Shown here: positions 15,946-24,177 of the stretch, one piece after another
Layout of the letters: the number at the start of each line of letters is the position of its first letter
Numbering within the stretch: the first letter of the stretch is position 1
Virus record (IMG/VR): IMGVR_UViG_3300022663_000092
Location: 62,001-91,125 of that record
DNA: 29,125 bases
From: an uncultured virus (IMG/VR IMGVR_UViG_3300022663_000092)
Taxonomy: Duplodnaviria; Heunggongvirae; Uroviricota; Caudoviricetes
Direction: 5' to 3' (one strand)
Translations under genes and position numbers: made by a program
Notes under the pieces: generated by a model
The model's database searches: none
What the model was told of the DNA's origin: nothing
What the model saw: only the letters and a program-made list of their open reading frames with translations

Positions 15946-17000
15946 CCGATGATGAGGCCGGGGCAACCGATGCCGGGCGAGGTCTGCGGGAACGATGACA
16001 CCTTCGGCAAGCACGCCCCGAACGCCGTCGCAATCGCCGCCATGCTCGCCGTCAACGTGCCTGTCATCGGGGTCGACTGCGCAATCGGCACCGCGAGCGC
16101 GTAGGCCGCATCGGCGAGCGGCAACGCCATCAACGGGGCGAGCGCGGCACCGGTGAGCGGGCCGGGGTTCGCCGTGCCAATCGCAATGCCAAGCTGCATG
16201 AGCATGTGGGCGACGAGGTTGACGACCGATTCAGTCGTCGCCGCGTGTTCCGTCGCCGCGTTGCCCGACGTGATGATGTTGAGAGCATCGGGCACCGACA
16301 ACGTGTTGTTGCCGACCCCGCCCGTCGCGCTCAGGTTCAACACCGCGTCGTCGAGCCGCAAGCTGATGCACTTGTCGGTGAAGTTGAGCTGGATGAGCGC
16401 CGACCCGTCCTTCGTTGATAGGCCGATGACATCGGAGCCGATCTGGAACCCCGACGAATCGCCGTTCAACAACGTCACAGCCCCCTTGCTGTCGATGCCG
16501 ATGAGCGCCCCGGTGAGCGCCGACCGAATCGTGTAGGGGCCTGCGTACTCATGCACGACCGGGGTGCGGCACCGGCGGAAGCCAAAGGTGTTCGTCGTCG
16601 GGTCCTGCCCGGCGACCGAATCCATGGGGAACTTGTCAATCGCGTTGTTGAGCCGACCGATGATGCAGCAGTCGGCCGTTTCCGCCCCCTCGGGGATTGC
16701 GACCAGCACCTCGTCGCCCTTGACGTAGGGGTGGAACTCCCCCTCACCGTTGCCCGCAACCGACCCCGCCGTGCGGCAGTACACCGGCACCATCGACGGT
16801 TGCAGCATGACCTTGACGAGCGGCCCGTACTGCTCATCGAACACGACCTCGGGTTCGGTGTCGTCCTGCGTCTGCCCCTCGACGAGCCCGTAGCTGATCC
16901 ATTGCCGCGGGTCGATGCCGGGGAACCGCAACCCTTCGGCGAACGTGCGCAGGTCGAGGCCGAGTCGGGGCAACGAACCGGGTCGGCGGGGTCGGGCCAT
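15942..17000 (-). CDS. baseplate central spike (gpV/gp5 OB-fold-like, 352 aa)
   Basis: GEFHPYVKGDEVLVAIPEG...IIGRL OB-fold signature followed by short beta-strand repeats; follows the hub gene. Confidence 0.8.
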   Translation of the reverse strand: MARPRRPGSLPRLGLDLRTFAEGLRFPGIDPRQWISYGLVEGQTQDDTEPEVVFDEQYGPLVKVMLQPSMVPVYCRTAGSVAGNGEGEFHPYVKGDEVLVAIPEGAETADCCIIGRLNNAIDKFPMDSVAGQDPTTNTFGFRRCRTPVVHEYAGPYTIRSALTGALIGIDSKGAVTLLNGDSSGFQIGSDVIGLSTKDGSALIQLNFTDKCISLRLDDAVLNLSATGGVGNNTLSVPDALNIITSGNAATEHAATTESVVNLVAHMLMQLGIAIGTANPGPLTGAALAPLMALPLADAAYALAVPIAQSTPMTGTLTASMAAIATAFGACLPKVSSFPQTSPGIGCPGLIIG

Positions 17001-17002
17001 GG

Positions 17003-18739
17003 CTACTCGCTCTCCACGTTGACCGTCGTCGGTTGCACGTTCAATGGCGGCGGCTCGATCTGCTCGCCCGGCGGCAGCACCTTGTCGGCACGAATCTCGA
17101 TATAGTTGATGAGTTCGAGGTCGAGCTTCACGCCCTCCTCGTTCGACCAGTCCATCTGCATCGACCGCAACCGGAACGTCTTGGGCAACCCGATGTTGTT
17201 GACCGCATCGCTGTACGTCTTCGCGAACTCGCGCGAGTACCCGATGCGCCGCAGGAACCGTTCGGCGTCGGTCACGGTTGCGTCCTCGGCCTCGCCGACC
17301 GTGAACACCATGTCGCGGTCGATGCCGACATCAACCGGGTCGCCCGGCTTGAGGTCGAGCAGGTCGGGGTCGGCATTGCCACCGCCGAACGAAGCGAGGT
17401 TCTTCGTCGACGCCCGCACTTGCACCTCGTTGCGCGACTGCGTTTCGTAGTAGGTCTGCGCGATGAGGCGCAACGTCTTTTCGTCCTTCACGCCCTGGAT
17501 GCGGACCACTTGCCACTTCTCGTCGGTCGCGTTGCCCGGCGGTGCCCGCAACACCCGGTCGCCCTTGAGCGGGTATCGGGCGACGAGCGTCTTCTTGCGT
17601 TCCCCGTTGTAGCACCGCACTTCGATGTTCGTCGGCACTTGCTTCGTGAACCGACGCCGCACCGACATCTCGGCGAGGTTGCGCCCGTACACGAGCAGCC
17701 GGTTCTTGAGCACCCGCCCCGACGGCAACACCCGCCCCGTGAACGGGTCGTCGGGCCGCGTGCCGTAGCGGTTCGAGTACTTCGTGTGCGGCGGTTGCAC
17801 GATGACCGTTACGCCGTCGAAGTAGGCGACATGCCCGACCGCCCCGCACACGTCGACGATGTAGTCCCACACCGTGAGCTTGCTGTCGCCGCCCCCCTTC
17901 GGGGCCGGGCCGAGATTCGGCCGGAACGCCGTCTTGGCGAGGGCATCGCCGAGCACCGGCGGTGGCGTGCCGACCGGCCGATACTCGACCGCGAGCCCGC
18001 GGAACTGCGGGAAGTTCGCGAGGTAGTTTGCAATCGCCTCGTCGAGTGGCTTCTTGCCGTCGATGGTCAACGCGGGCGGTGCGGGCTGGTCGACGAGCAG
18101 GCGCGAGTTGTCGCTGCACTCCAACCGCACGATCGGTTCGTCGTCGTCGGGGAACTCCGTTTCAATGTCGTCGACCCACCCCTGGAACCGAAGGTTGGTT
18201 CGCGGCTTCCCGGCCGAATCGGTGAACGTGTCGGGCACGACGTTCAATGGTTCGCCGCTGCCCTCCGCACCCGATGCACCCGACGACCGCGATGCACCCG
18301 CGAGCCCTCGACGGAAGTCCTCGGCCGTGACCGTGCCGAGGTAGAACTCGACCGCACACGACCGGATCGCCCGCGGGTCGAGCGGGAAGTCGGAATAGCG
18401 CAGCTCGACCGATAGCTTGTTACCGTCCCTGATGCCCTGCATGCGCAACGTCGCCGTGACCGGGATGATGCCGCCGACATCGCGAGTGAGATTGTCGCTG
18501 CTCGTCGTTTGCTGCTGCGGCGGGCCGCCGGGCAACGGGCCGCCCTTCGCCTTGAGCTTCCACGCATCGCCGTCCTTGACGACCGCGAGCGCCGGGTCCT
18601 GCCCGGCACCGCGCATCGTGAGCGGCTTCTTCGCCGGTGGCGGCGGCAGCAACCGCGACCCGTAGTCCTCGAACCGAATCGACAACCGGACCTTGGCTGA
18701 CGGGAAGTAGTTCTGGGGCGGCACTTCGCGGTCGGGCAT
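17003..18739 (-). CDS. baseplate hub protein (gpD/Mu gp44-like, 578 aa)
   Basis: Between LysM and spike genes; FQGWVDDIE, RLECSD, TVWDYI, LVYGRNL and LKPGDPV motifs; ATG 18739 with GGGGAG upstream. Confidence 0.75.
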   Translation of the reverse strand: MPDREVPPQNYFPSAKVRLSIRFEDYGSRLLPPPPAKKPLTMRGAGQDPALAVVKDGDAWKLKAKGGPLPGGPPQQQTTSSDNLTRDVGGIIPVTATLRMQGIRDGNKLSVELRYSDFPLDPRAIRSCAVEFYLGTVTAEDFRRGLAGASRSSGASGAEGSGEPLNVVPDTFTDSAGKPRTNLRFQGWVDDIETEFPDDDEPIVRLECSDNSRLLVDQPAPPALTIDGKKPLDEAIANYLANFPQFRGLAVEYRPVGTPPPVLGDALAKTAFRPNLGPAPKGGGDSKLTVWDYIVDVCGAVGHVAYFDGVTVIVQPPHTKYSNRYGTRPDDPFTGRVLPSGRVLKNRLLVYGRNLAEMSVRRRFTKQVPTNIEVRCYNGERKKTLVARYPLKGDRVLRAPPGNATDEKWQVVRIQGVKDEKTLRLIAQTYYETQSRNEVQVRASTKNLASFGGGNADPDLLDLKPGDPVDVGIDRDMVFTVGEAEDATVTDAERFLRRIGYSREFAKTYSDAVNNIGLPKTFRLRSMQMDWSNEEGVKLDLELINYIEIRADKVLPPGEQIEPPPLNVQPTTVNVESE

Positions 18740-18743
18740 CGGG

Positions 18744-20030
18744 TCACTCCCCCACGAGGTTCTTGATGGTGGCGAGGTTGGGGATGATGAGCACCGCCCC
18801 GACCGGCGGTGCGACCGCGAACGCGACCGGCTTGCGCTTGAGCCCGCCACCGACCGGCACGACCGGCGGCAGCGAGTTCTTGTTCACCTTCGCGATGGCG
18901 TACCCGTAGTCGGGCGTCTGGTAGAACATCAGCGAGATCGACGCATAGGTGTCGCCCTTGCGCGCGATCCATACCCCGATGATGTCGGCGGGTGCCGCGC
19001 TCGACTTCGTGCGGCCCGAACCCGTCGGCCGCGATGCGCCCCGGTCGCGCGACCGTTCGAGCAGCACCACCGCCGAATCGGTCGCCTCGTTCACGTTGTC
19101 CTCGGTCGACCCGAAGTAGCTCGTCGTCTGCAACAAGTTCGACACCTTGTTCTGGAGCGCGAGCGTTTCCGGGGCCGGTTGCGAGATTGCATCGCAGAAC
19201 TGCGTGCACACCGCGACCGCGTTCGTCGCCGTGTCGACGCACTCGCCCGCGAGTTCGGCGGTCAACCCGCGCATCTTGAGCGCGAGGTCGCCGATGTGCT
19301 TCAGCCGGTTCGTGATGGCGTCGCCGAACCGCGTGAACGATTGAAGCATCTTCATCGGGCCGTTGGCGAAGGCCTCGATGTCGCCGAGCGTGAACGTCGT
19401 CGCGGGCGGGTTCTGCGCCCGTTTCGATTGCTTCGCCGACGCTTGGTCGCTGAGGGCCTTCGACACCGCGTCGGCGAACTTCGCCTTTGCGTCGCGCACC
19501 GCCGCGTCAACGTCCTCGCCCCGCAGCGCAATCGCCCGTTGCATGACCCGACCGCGCGAGATCCACTCGAACTTGATCTGCCATTGAATGTCGTCCATGC
19601 GGATATGCTTGAACGTCCACTCAGCGGCCCGGCCCTCGCGCATGATCGACCGCGCATCGTCGTCGGAACCGGTGGACCACGTGACACGCAACCGCGTGCC
19701 CGCGTTGAACAGCACGTCGAGGATCTCGCGCATCGTCGACGCCCGCACGATCGCCTGCTGCGGTGCACCGGCGGCCGACGTGAACCACGACGGGTCGACG
19801 ATCATGCGGGTCGTGTTCCACTCACCTTCCCATTCCGACGGCAACTCGATCGGGCCGAGCACCTGTTGCGTCGCCTCGGCGTTGTTGCCGACGTACCACT
19901 TCGTGGACAGCCGCATCTGCGACCCCCAGGCGGCCCCCTGAAACGGCAACGCCGCACCGATGAGCCCGACCTTGCGCTTGTCGCCCGTCAGCTCCTCGAT
20001 GACGATTGTGGATGATTGCTGAACCGCCAC
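18744..20030 (-). CDS. tail tube initiator-like protein with a C-terminal LysM-like domain (428 aa)
   Basis: C-term ARKGDTYASISLMFY...IAKVN...GAVLIIP is LysM/gpX-like; GGAGG before GTG; position between tape measure and hub. Confidence 0.7.
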   Translation of the reverse strand: MAVQQSSTIVIEELTGDKRKVGLIGAALPFQGAAWGSQMRLSTKWYVGNNAEATQQVLGPIELPSEWEGEWNTTRMIVDPSWFTSAAGAPQQAIVRASTMREILDVLFNAGTRLRVTWSTGSDDDARSIMREGRAAEWTFKHIRMDDIQWQIKFEWISRGRVMQRAIALRGEDVDAAVRDAKAKFADAVSKALSDQASAKQSKRAQNPPATTFTLGDIEAFANGPMKMLQSFTRFGDAITNRLKHIGDLALKMRGLTAELAGECVDTATNAVAVCTQFCDAISQPAPETLALQNKVSNLLQTTSYFGSTEDNVNEATDSAVVLLERSRDRGASRPTGSGRTKSSAAPADIIGVWIARKGDTYASISLMFYQTPDYGYAIAKVNKNSLPPVVPVGGGLKRKPVAFAVAPPVGAVLIIPNLATIKNLVGE

Positions 20031-20080
20031 GCCGACCTCCCGTCGTCAATGCGCGGCCGGGGTCGTCGGGTAGCAGTCCG

Positions 20081-21061
20081 TCAGTGGCAGCCCTTCGCCC
20101 CGGCCATCGTCTTCGTCGCCCACGTCGCGAGGGGCGGCTCACCCTTGCCTTTGCCGCCCTTTGCGCCCTTGGCGGCCGCGGGCGGTGCGGCCGGGGCCGT
20201 CGCGGGTGCGGCGGGTGTCGTGGCACCGGCCGCGGCATCCTCCGGGGTCATCGTCGCAAGCTGCCCGACCTGCGCGATGGCGTCGGCCAGCATCGACTTG
20301 ATCTCCTCGATCTGCGCCGCGGCACCGGCCGCGGCCGTGATGTCGTCGTCCTTCTTCGCCGCCTCGGCCGCCTTCACGATGTCGTCGGCGGTGTCGACCG
20401 CCTCCTCGGCCGACGCGAGGATGGTATCGGCCATCGACGGGTCGTCGAGTTCATCGATCGCGTCCTGCAACTGCTTGAGCATGTCGGGCAGTTCATCGGC
20501 GCACGCCGTCGCCTGCTCGACGAACTCGGTTGTGCTGTGCAGTTCGGTGCCCGCCGCGGCCTCGGCCGCCTGCGTCTCGGGCGATTCGGCCGCCTCGTCG
20601 GCCGCCGTTTCATCGCCCTCCTCATGCGGCACTTCCGCACCGGGGCCGGTCGCACCCGTCGCACCGCATGCTGCCTGCACCGCCGTCGTGCATGCCTCGG
20701 CGCATGCGTCGGCGACCTCGGGCGGGCATGATGCCGCGCACGCCGCCTGCACCGCCGTCGCGCATGCCTCGGCGAGCTGTGCCCGGCACTCCTCCTCGGT
20801 CACACCGCCCTCCGCGAGCGATGCCGCGACATCGTTGCAGGCCGCAACGCATGCGTCGGCGCACGCCGACGCGCATGCCTCGGCCGATTCGGGCGGGCAG
20901 GCCTGCTCGCATGCGGCCATCACGGCTTCGGTGCATGCCGCAGCGCACTCGGCGCAGACCGCCTCGACATCGGCACCCGTCAGCATGCCGGTGCCGTCGG
21001 CATCGTCGTCGTCCACACCCGGCACCGGACCAACCAAACTCTTGAGCAACGGCATCGGCAT
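20081..21061 (-). CDS. Cys/Ala-rich acidic helical protein (326 aa), function unknown
   Basis: ATG 21061 with GAGG SD; repeated CxxxC; same strand as neighbours and fills the gap. Confidence 0.7.
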   Translation of the reverse strand: MPMPLLKSLVGPVPGVDDDDADGTGMLTGADVEAVCAECAAACTEAVMAACEQACPPESAEACASACADACVAACNDVAASLAEGGVTEEECRAQLAEACATAVQAACAASCPPEVADACAEACTTAVQAACGATGATGPGAEVPHEEGDETAADEAAESPETQAAEAAAGTELHSTTEFVEQATACADELPDMLKQLQDAIDELDDPSMADTILASAEEAVDTADDIVKAAEAAKKDDDITAAAGAAAQIEEIKSMLADAIAQVGQLATMTPEDAAAGATTPAAPATAPAAPPAAAKGAKGGKGKGEPPLATWATKTMAGAKGCH

Positions 21062-21087
21062 TGCGCACCTCGTCAGTTCCTTCGGCG

Positions 21088-21117
21088 AGGCTACCACGCC
21101 GCCCCGCGTTCATCCAA
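21088..21117 (-). promoter_or_regulatory. putative promoter for the Cys-rich gene
   Basis: TTGGAT-18 nt-TAGCCT (preceded by TGG), followed by a short leader containing GAGG. Confidence 0.5.
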
Positions 21118-21126
21118 CCCCGTCGG

Positions 21127-23100
21127 TCACGTACCAAACGGGCTCGTGGTGATGGCCTGCAACCGGTTCTCGACAACGCGGGCGATGTCCCGCTCGAACA
21201 CGATCGCAACCCGGTCGGGGTCCTGGTCCCTGAAGTTCTGCTCGATCTTGAATGTCGCCGACCCGATTGACACCTTCGGGGCGGCTGGCTTCCCCTTGTC
21301 GCCCTTCGCCTTGTCCTTCGATGCGGCACCCTCAAGCTGCTTCGCGAGTTCGTCGAGTTCGGCCGACTTGCCCTTGATCATATTCGCGAGGCTGTCCATC
21401 GCGTCACCGGTCAACGCCGTCGAATTGAGGAACGCCGCTTGTAGCTCCTTGTTCTTCACGAGCACGTTCGCGATGTAGACCGCGACCGCCTCGTTGTGCG
21501 TGTTGATGGCCCCCGTGAACCCGGTCGACAGCTTCTCGACCGCCGGTCCCATGTCGACCGTCGATAGGTCGACCCCGGCCTGCCGCAGGTTGTTGAACAC
21601 CGCGGCCATCTTGTCGAACTGCTCGACCTGTGCCCGCGCGGCCCGATGCGCGGCCCACGTCGCGTCGGCAACCTCGCCTATCTGCCGGGTGTTCATCCCG
21701 GCCTCCTCGGCCCACTTGATCATCGCCGCCCGGCGGTCGTTGAACGAATCGATCTCCTGCTTCGTCCACTCGCGCAGCATCGTGTTCTGGTCGTTCCGCA
21801 TGCCCTTGAACATCTCAGCTACAGCGGCCGCGTTCTTCGCGTCCTCGCTCGTCAGGCCGCCCTCGTCGATGAGCTTCTTGGCCTGCCATGCCGCGGCCCC
21901 GACACCCGCGACCGCGAGGGTGAACGCCCCGAGCGCGGCCGCCGCACCCGCGGCACCGGCACCACCCGCCGCGATGCCGAGGGCGGGCACACCCGACGCC
22001 GCAAGGCTCGTCACGCCCCGACCGACATCGACGGCCGCACCGGCAATCGGGACCGCCGTCTTCGCCCCGTAGATGAGGGCAATCTCGGTCTTGTGCGCGA
22101 GGATGAACGTCACGACCTCCTTCGCGAACTTCCACGCATCGACGATCGCATCCTTGATCTCGACCTGATGCTCCTTGATCCACTTGAACCCCTCGCGGAT
22201 CGATTCACCGGCCGCGGTCACGGCCTTCGACACGTCGCCCGACATCGCCTTCGCGAACTCCTCAACTTGGTCGCGCGACCGCTTCATCCACTCGACGAGC
22301 CGCTTCAGTTCGGGCATCAACGCCCGCAACAACGGCTCGCCTAGCTTTTCCTTCGCGACCTCCCACGCAGTGTCGAGGGATTGCACCATCTGCTTGAGCG
22401 ACGGTTCGGCCTTGCCCATCGACCCCGCAAGCTGGTCGAGCCCGGTCGCGAGCGCCTTCGTGCGTTGCTCCTCGGTCATCTGCGCCCACAGGGCGGCCGC
22501 TTTCTTCGTGTTATCGCCGAAGATGCCCGTCGTTTGCAGGAGCTGGAATAGTTGCCCGCGGGTGCGCAGGATGCCCTCACCCATCATGCCGAACTCGGTC
22601 GCGACCGCTGACACGTCCATGCCCATGACGCCCGCGATCGTCGCCATCTTGCCGATCTGGTCCTTCGCCGACGCAACCCCGGCATCGGTCGCCCCGGTCA
22701 ACGTGAGCAGTTGCCGGAACCCTGCCTCGATCTGGTCGCCCGCGACCCCGGCGTTGATGGCAATCTCATCGAGCGAGTCACCGAGCGCGTTCGCGTTGTC
22801 GTAGGCCCGCGCCCATGACGACCCCTGCGCGGTCATGATCAACGCCGCGACCGCGTTATCGGCAGCCTGCCCGGCCGCCGCGGCGTCGAGGAACGACTTG
22901 CCGAAGTTGTAGACCGAGTGAATCGCGGGCATGAGGTTCACGGCCGCGAACGTCGACAGCATGTTGCCGAACGCCGACGCACCGGCGTGCGCCTGCTGCT
23001 CCGCTGCCGCCGTCTCCTTGAACCCCGACTTGATCTGGTTGAGCGCCGACGATGCGCGGTCATCGAGGGTCAGCGTGGTCCTGACGTTGACATCGGACAT
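21127..23100 (-). CDS. tail tape measure protein (657 aa)
   Basis: N-term LTLDDRASSALNQI, Ala/Gly-rich helical composition, one hydrophobic segment; follows the chaperone pair. Confidence 0.85.
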   Translation of the reverse strand: MSDVNVRTTLTLDDRASSALNQIKSGFKETAAAEQQAHAGASAFGNMLSTFAAVNLMPAIHSVYNFGKSFLDAAAAGQAADNAVAALIMTAQGSSWARAYDNANALGDSLDEIAINAGVAGDQIEAGFRQLLTLTGATDAGVASAKDQIGKMATIAGVMGMDVSAVATEFGMMGEGILRTRGQLFQLLQTTGIFGDNTKKAAALWAQMTEEQRTKALATGLDQLAGSMGKAEPSLKQMVQSLDTAWEVAKEKLGEPLLRALMPELKRLVEWMKRSRDQVEEFAKAMSGDVSKAVTAAGESIREGFKWIKEHQVEIKDAIVDAWKFAKEVVTFILAHKTEIALIYGAKTAVPIAGAAVDVGRGVTSLAASGVPALGIAAGGAGAAGAAAALGAFTLAVAGVGAAAWQAKKLIDEGGLTSEDAKNAAAVAEMFKGMRNDQNTMLREWTKQEIDSFNDRRAAMIKWAEEAGMNTRQIGEVADATWAAHRAARAQVEQFDKMAAVFNNLRQAGVDLSTVDMGPAVEKLSTGFTGAINTHNEAVAVYIANVLVKNKELQAAFLNSTALTGDAMDSLANMIKGKSAELDELAKQLEGAASKDKAKGDKGKPAAPKVSIGSATFKIEQNFRDQDPDRVAIVFERDIARVVENRLQAITTSPFGT

Positions 23101-23106
23101 GAGGGA

Positions 23107-23136
23107 AGCGTAGCGCCGGGCCGCACCGCCCGGCAA
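23107..23136 (-). promoter_or_regulatory. putative leaderless promoter for the tape measure gene
   Basis: TTGCCG-18 nt-TACGCT-6 nt-ATG(23100). Confidence 0.6.
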
Positions 23137-23142
23137 CCGCCG

Positions 23143-23162
23143 ACGGATGATCGATCATCCGT
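23143..23162. repeat. 20-bp palindrome, copy 5 (extends to 26 bp, 23140-23165)
   Basis: Exact match; intergenic between the chaperone extension and tape measure. Confidence 0.95.
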
Positions 23163-23171
23163 CGGGCCGGG

Positions 23172-23513
23172 TCATAGGTCCGTTTCCCGCTTCGATGACA
23201 TCGGGTTCTCGGCCTTGAGCAGTTCCGACGTTTCGTGCACCCACGACCACAGCTCGTCCACCGGCATGTCGCCGAACGTCGCCGCTTGCTGGTGCATGTA
23301 GCGGCCGAGATACGCCGCGCGCCATGCCCGAATCCGCATCATCTCGGACGGGTCGAACGATGCCGCGATGAGCGCATCGAACCGGGCACCGTCGGCGTCG
23401 GTGCCCGTGAACTGCGCGAGGGTCCGAAGGCGTGCCCGCACCACGTCGGGGTCGAGCGTTTCGCCGTCGTCGTCGACCCTCAACCCGTCGTGCGCAGCTC
23501 GATGCAACTCTCG
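23172..23513 (-). CDS. tail assembly chaperone C-terminal extension (gpT-like), reached by -1 frameshift
   Basis: Lies in the -1 frame relative to the upstream chaperone, has no good independent start and is open through the slippery site. Confidence 0.75.
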   Translation of the reverse strand, partial: RELHRAAHDGLRVDDDGETLDPDVVRARLRTLAQFTGTDADGARFDALIAASFDPSEMMRIRAWRAAYLGRYMHQQAATFGDMPVDELWSWVHETSELLKAENPMSSKRETDL

Positions 23514-24055
23514 AAAAAAGTGCGGCGGTCATCCTCCGACAGCACGTGCAGTTGCGTGTAGATGCGGATCAGCATCTGCCTGCACTTGCCGCCGACCTCA
23601 CGCCACCACTGGTCGATGTTGCCGGGGCCGGGGTCGCCCGACCAGTCGACAACGTGCCCGTCGACCGACCGGATCATCTGCTTGGCGAGTTCGTTCGCCG
23701 CCCGGTTCGGGTCGCCGATCGCACGGCCGAGCGCCACCTTCTCGTCGATGTCGGTGAGCCCCCACACGATGCACTGACGATCGCCACGATGCGGTGCATC
23801 GGTCCACTCGGCCTTGAACCGGATGAACGCGACCTGACGCCCGCGAGGGAACTTGAGGTTGGGCGGCACGGTTGCCCACTTCGGCGCACCGCCCGACCGT
23901 GCGTCGGGTAGTGGCGCGAACTGTCGTGGTGCCGGTTCCTCCGCAGGCGGGCTCAGGTCATCGTTCGTCGCGGGGTACGTTTCGTCTTCGAGGGCGAGTG
24001 GCTGCTCCTCGTCGACGGCCGCGGGTGCGGCGGTTGCGTGTTGCTTCGTTTCCAC
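23480..24055 (-). CDS. tail assembly chaperone (gpG-like, 191 aa)
   Basis: GTG 24055 with GGAGG upstream; lies between tube and tape measure; slippery site near the 3' end. Confidence 0.75.
   Translation of the reverse strand: METKQHATAAPAAVDEEQPLALEDETYPATNDDLSPPAEEPAPRQFAPLPDARSGGAPKWATVPPNLKFPRGRQVAFIRFKAEWTDAPHRGDRQCIVWGLTDIDEKVALGRAIGDPNRAANELAKQMIRSVDGHVVDWSGDPGPGNIDQWWREVGGKCRQMLIRIYTQLHVLSEDDRRTFFESCIELRTTG
23513..23519 (-). other. programmed -1 ribosomal frameshift slippery site T TTT TTC
   Basis: In-frame XXXYYYZ heptamer (ACT TTT TTC) about 10 codons before the chaperone stop; a T6 run is rare in this GC-rich DNA. Confidence 0.8.
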
Positions 24056-24177
24056 TGTCCTATCCTCCCGTTGAACAAGTGGGCTGGCGGTCGGCAGGAG
24101 GTGCCGCGGCCCGTCGACCGCTGCGACCGAACCGCCAAGCCCATCCGTTGACCGTTGCCGGGGTCGCGACCGTCGCG

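Noticed and set aside
20016..21152. 378-aa Ser/Ala-rich + strand ORF opposite the Cys-rich gene
   Set aside because: Antisense mirror; the minus-strand frame has the SD, the promoter-like element and the operon orientation.
1810..23162. Palindrome copies as a CRISPR array or as transposon ends
   Set aside because: Copies are kilobases apart with no regular spacers; no cas or transposase gene and no target-site duplications seen.
23155..23532. 125-aa ORF as the chaperone extension
   Set aside because: Wrong frame for a -1 shift, Arg-rich, and it runs into the palindrome.
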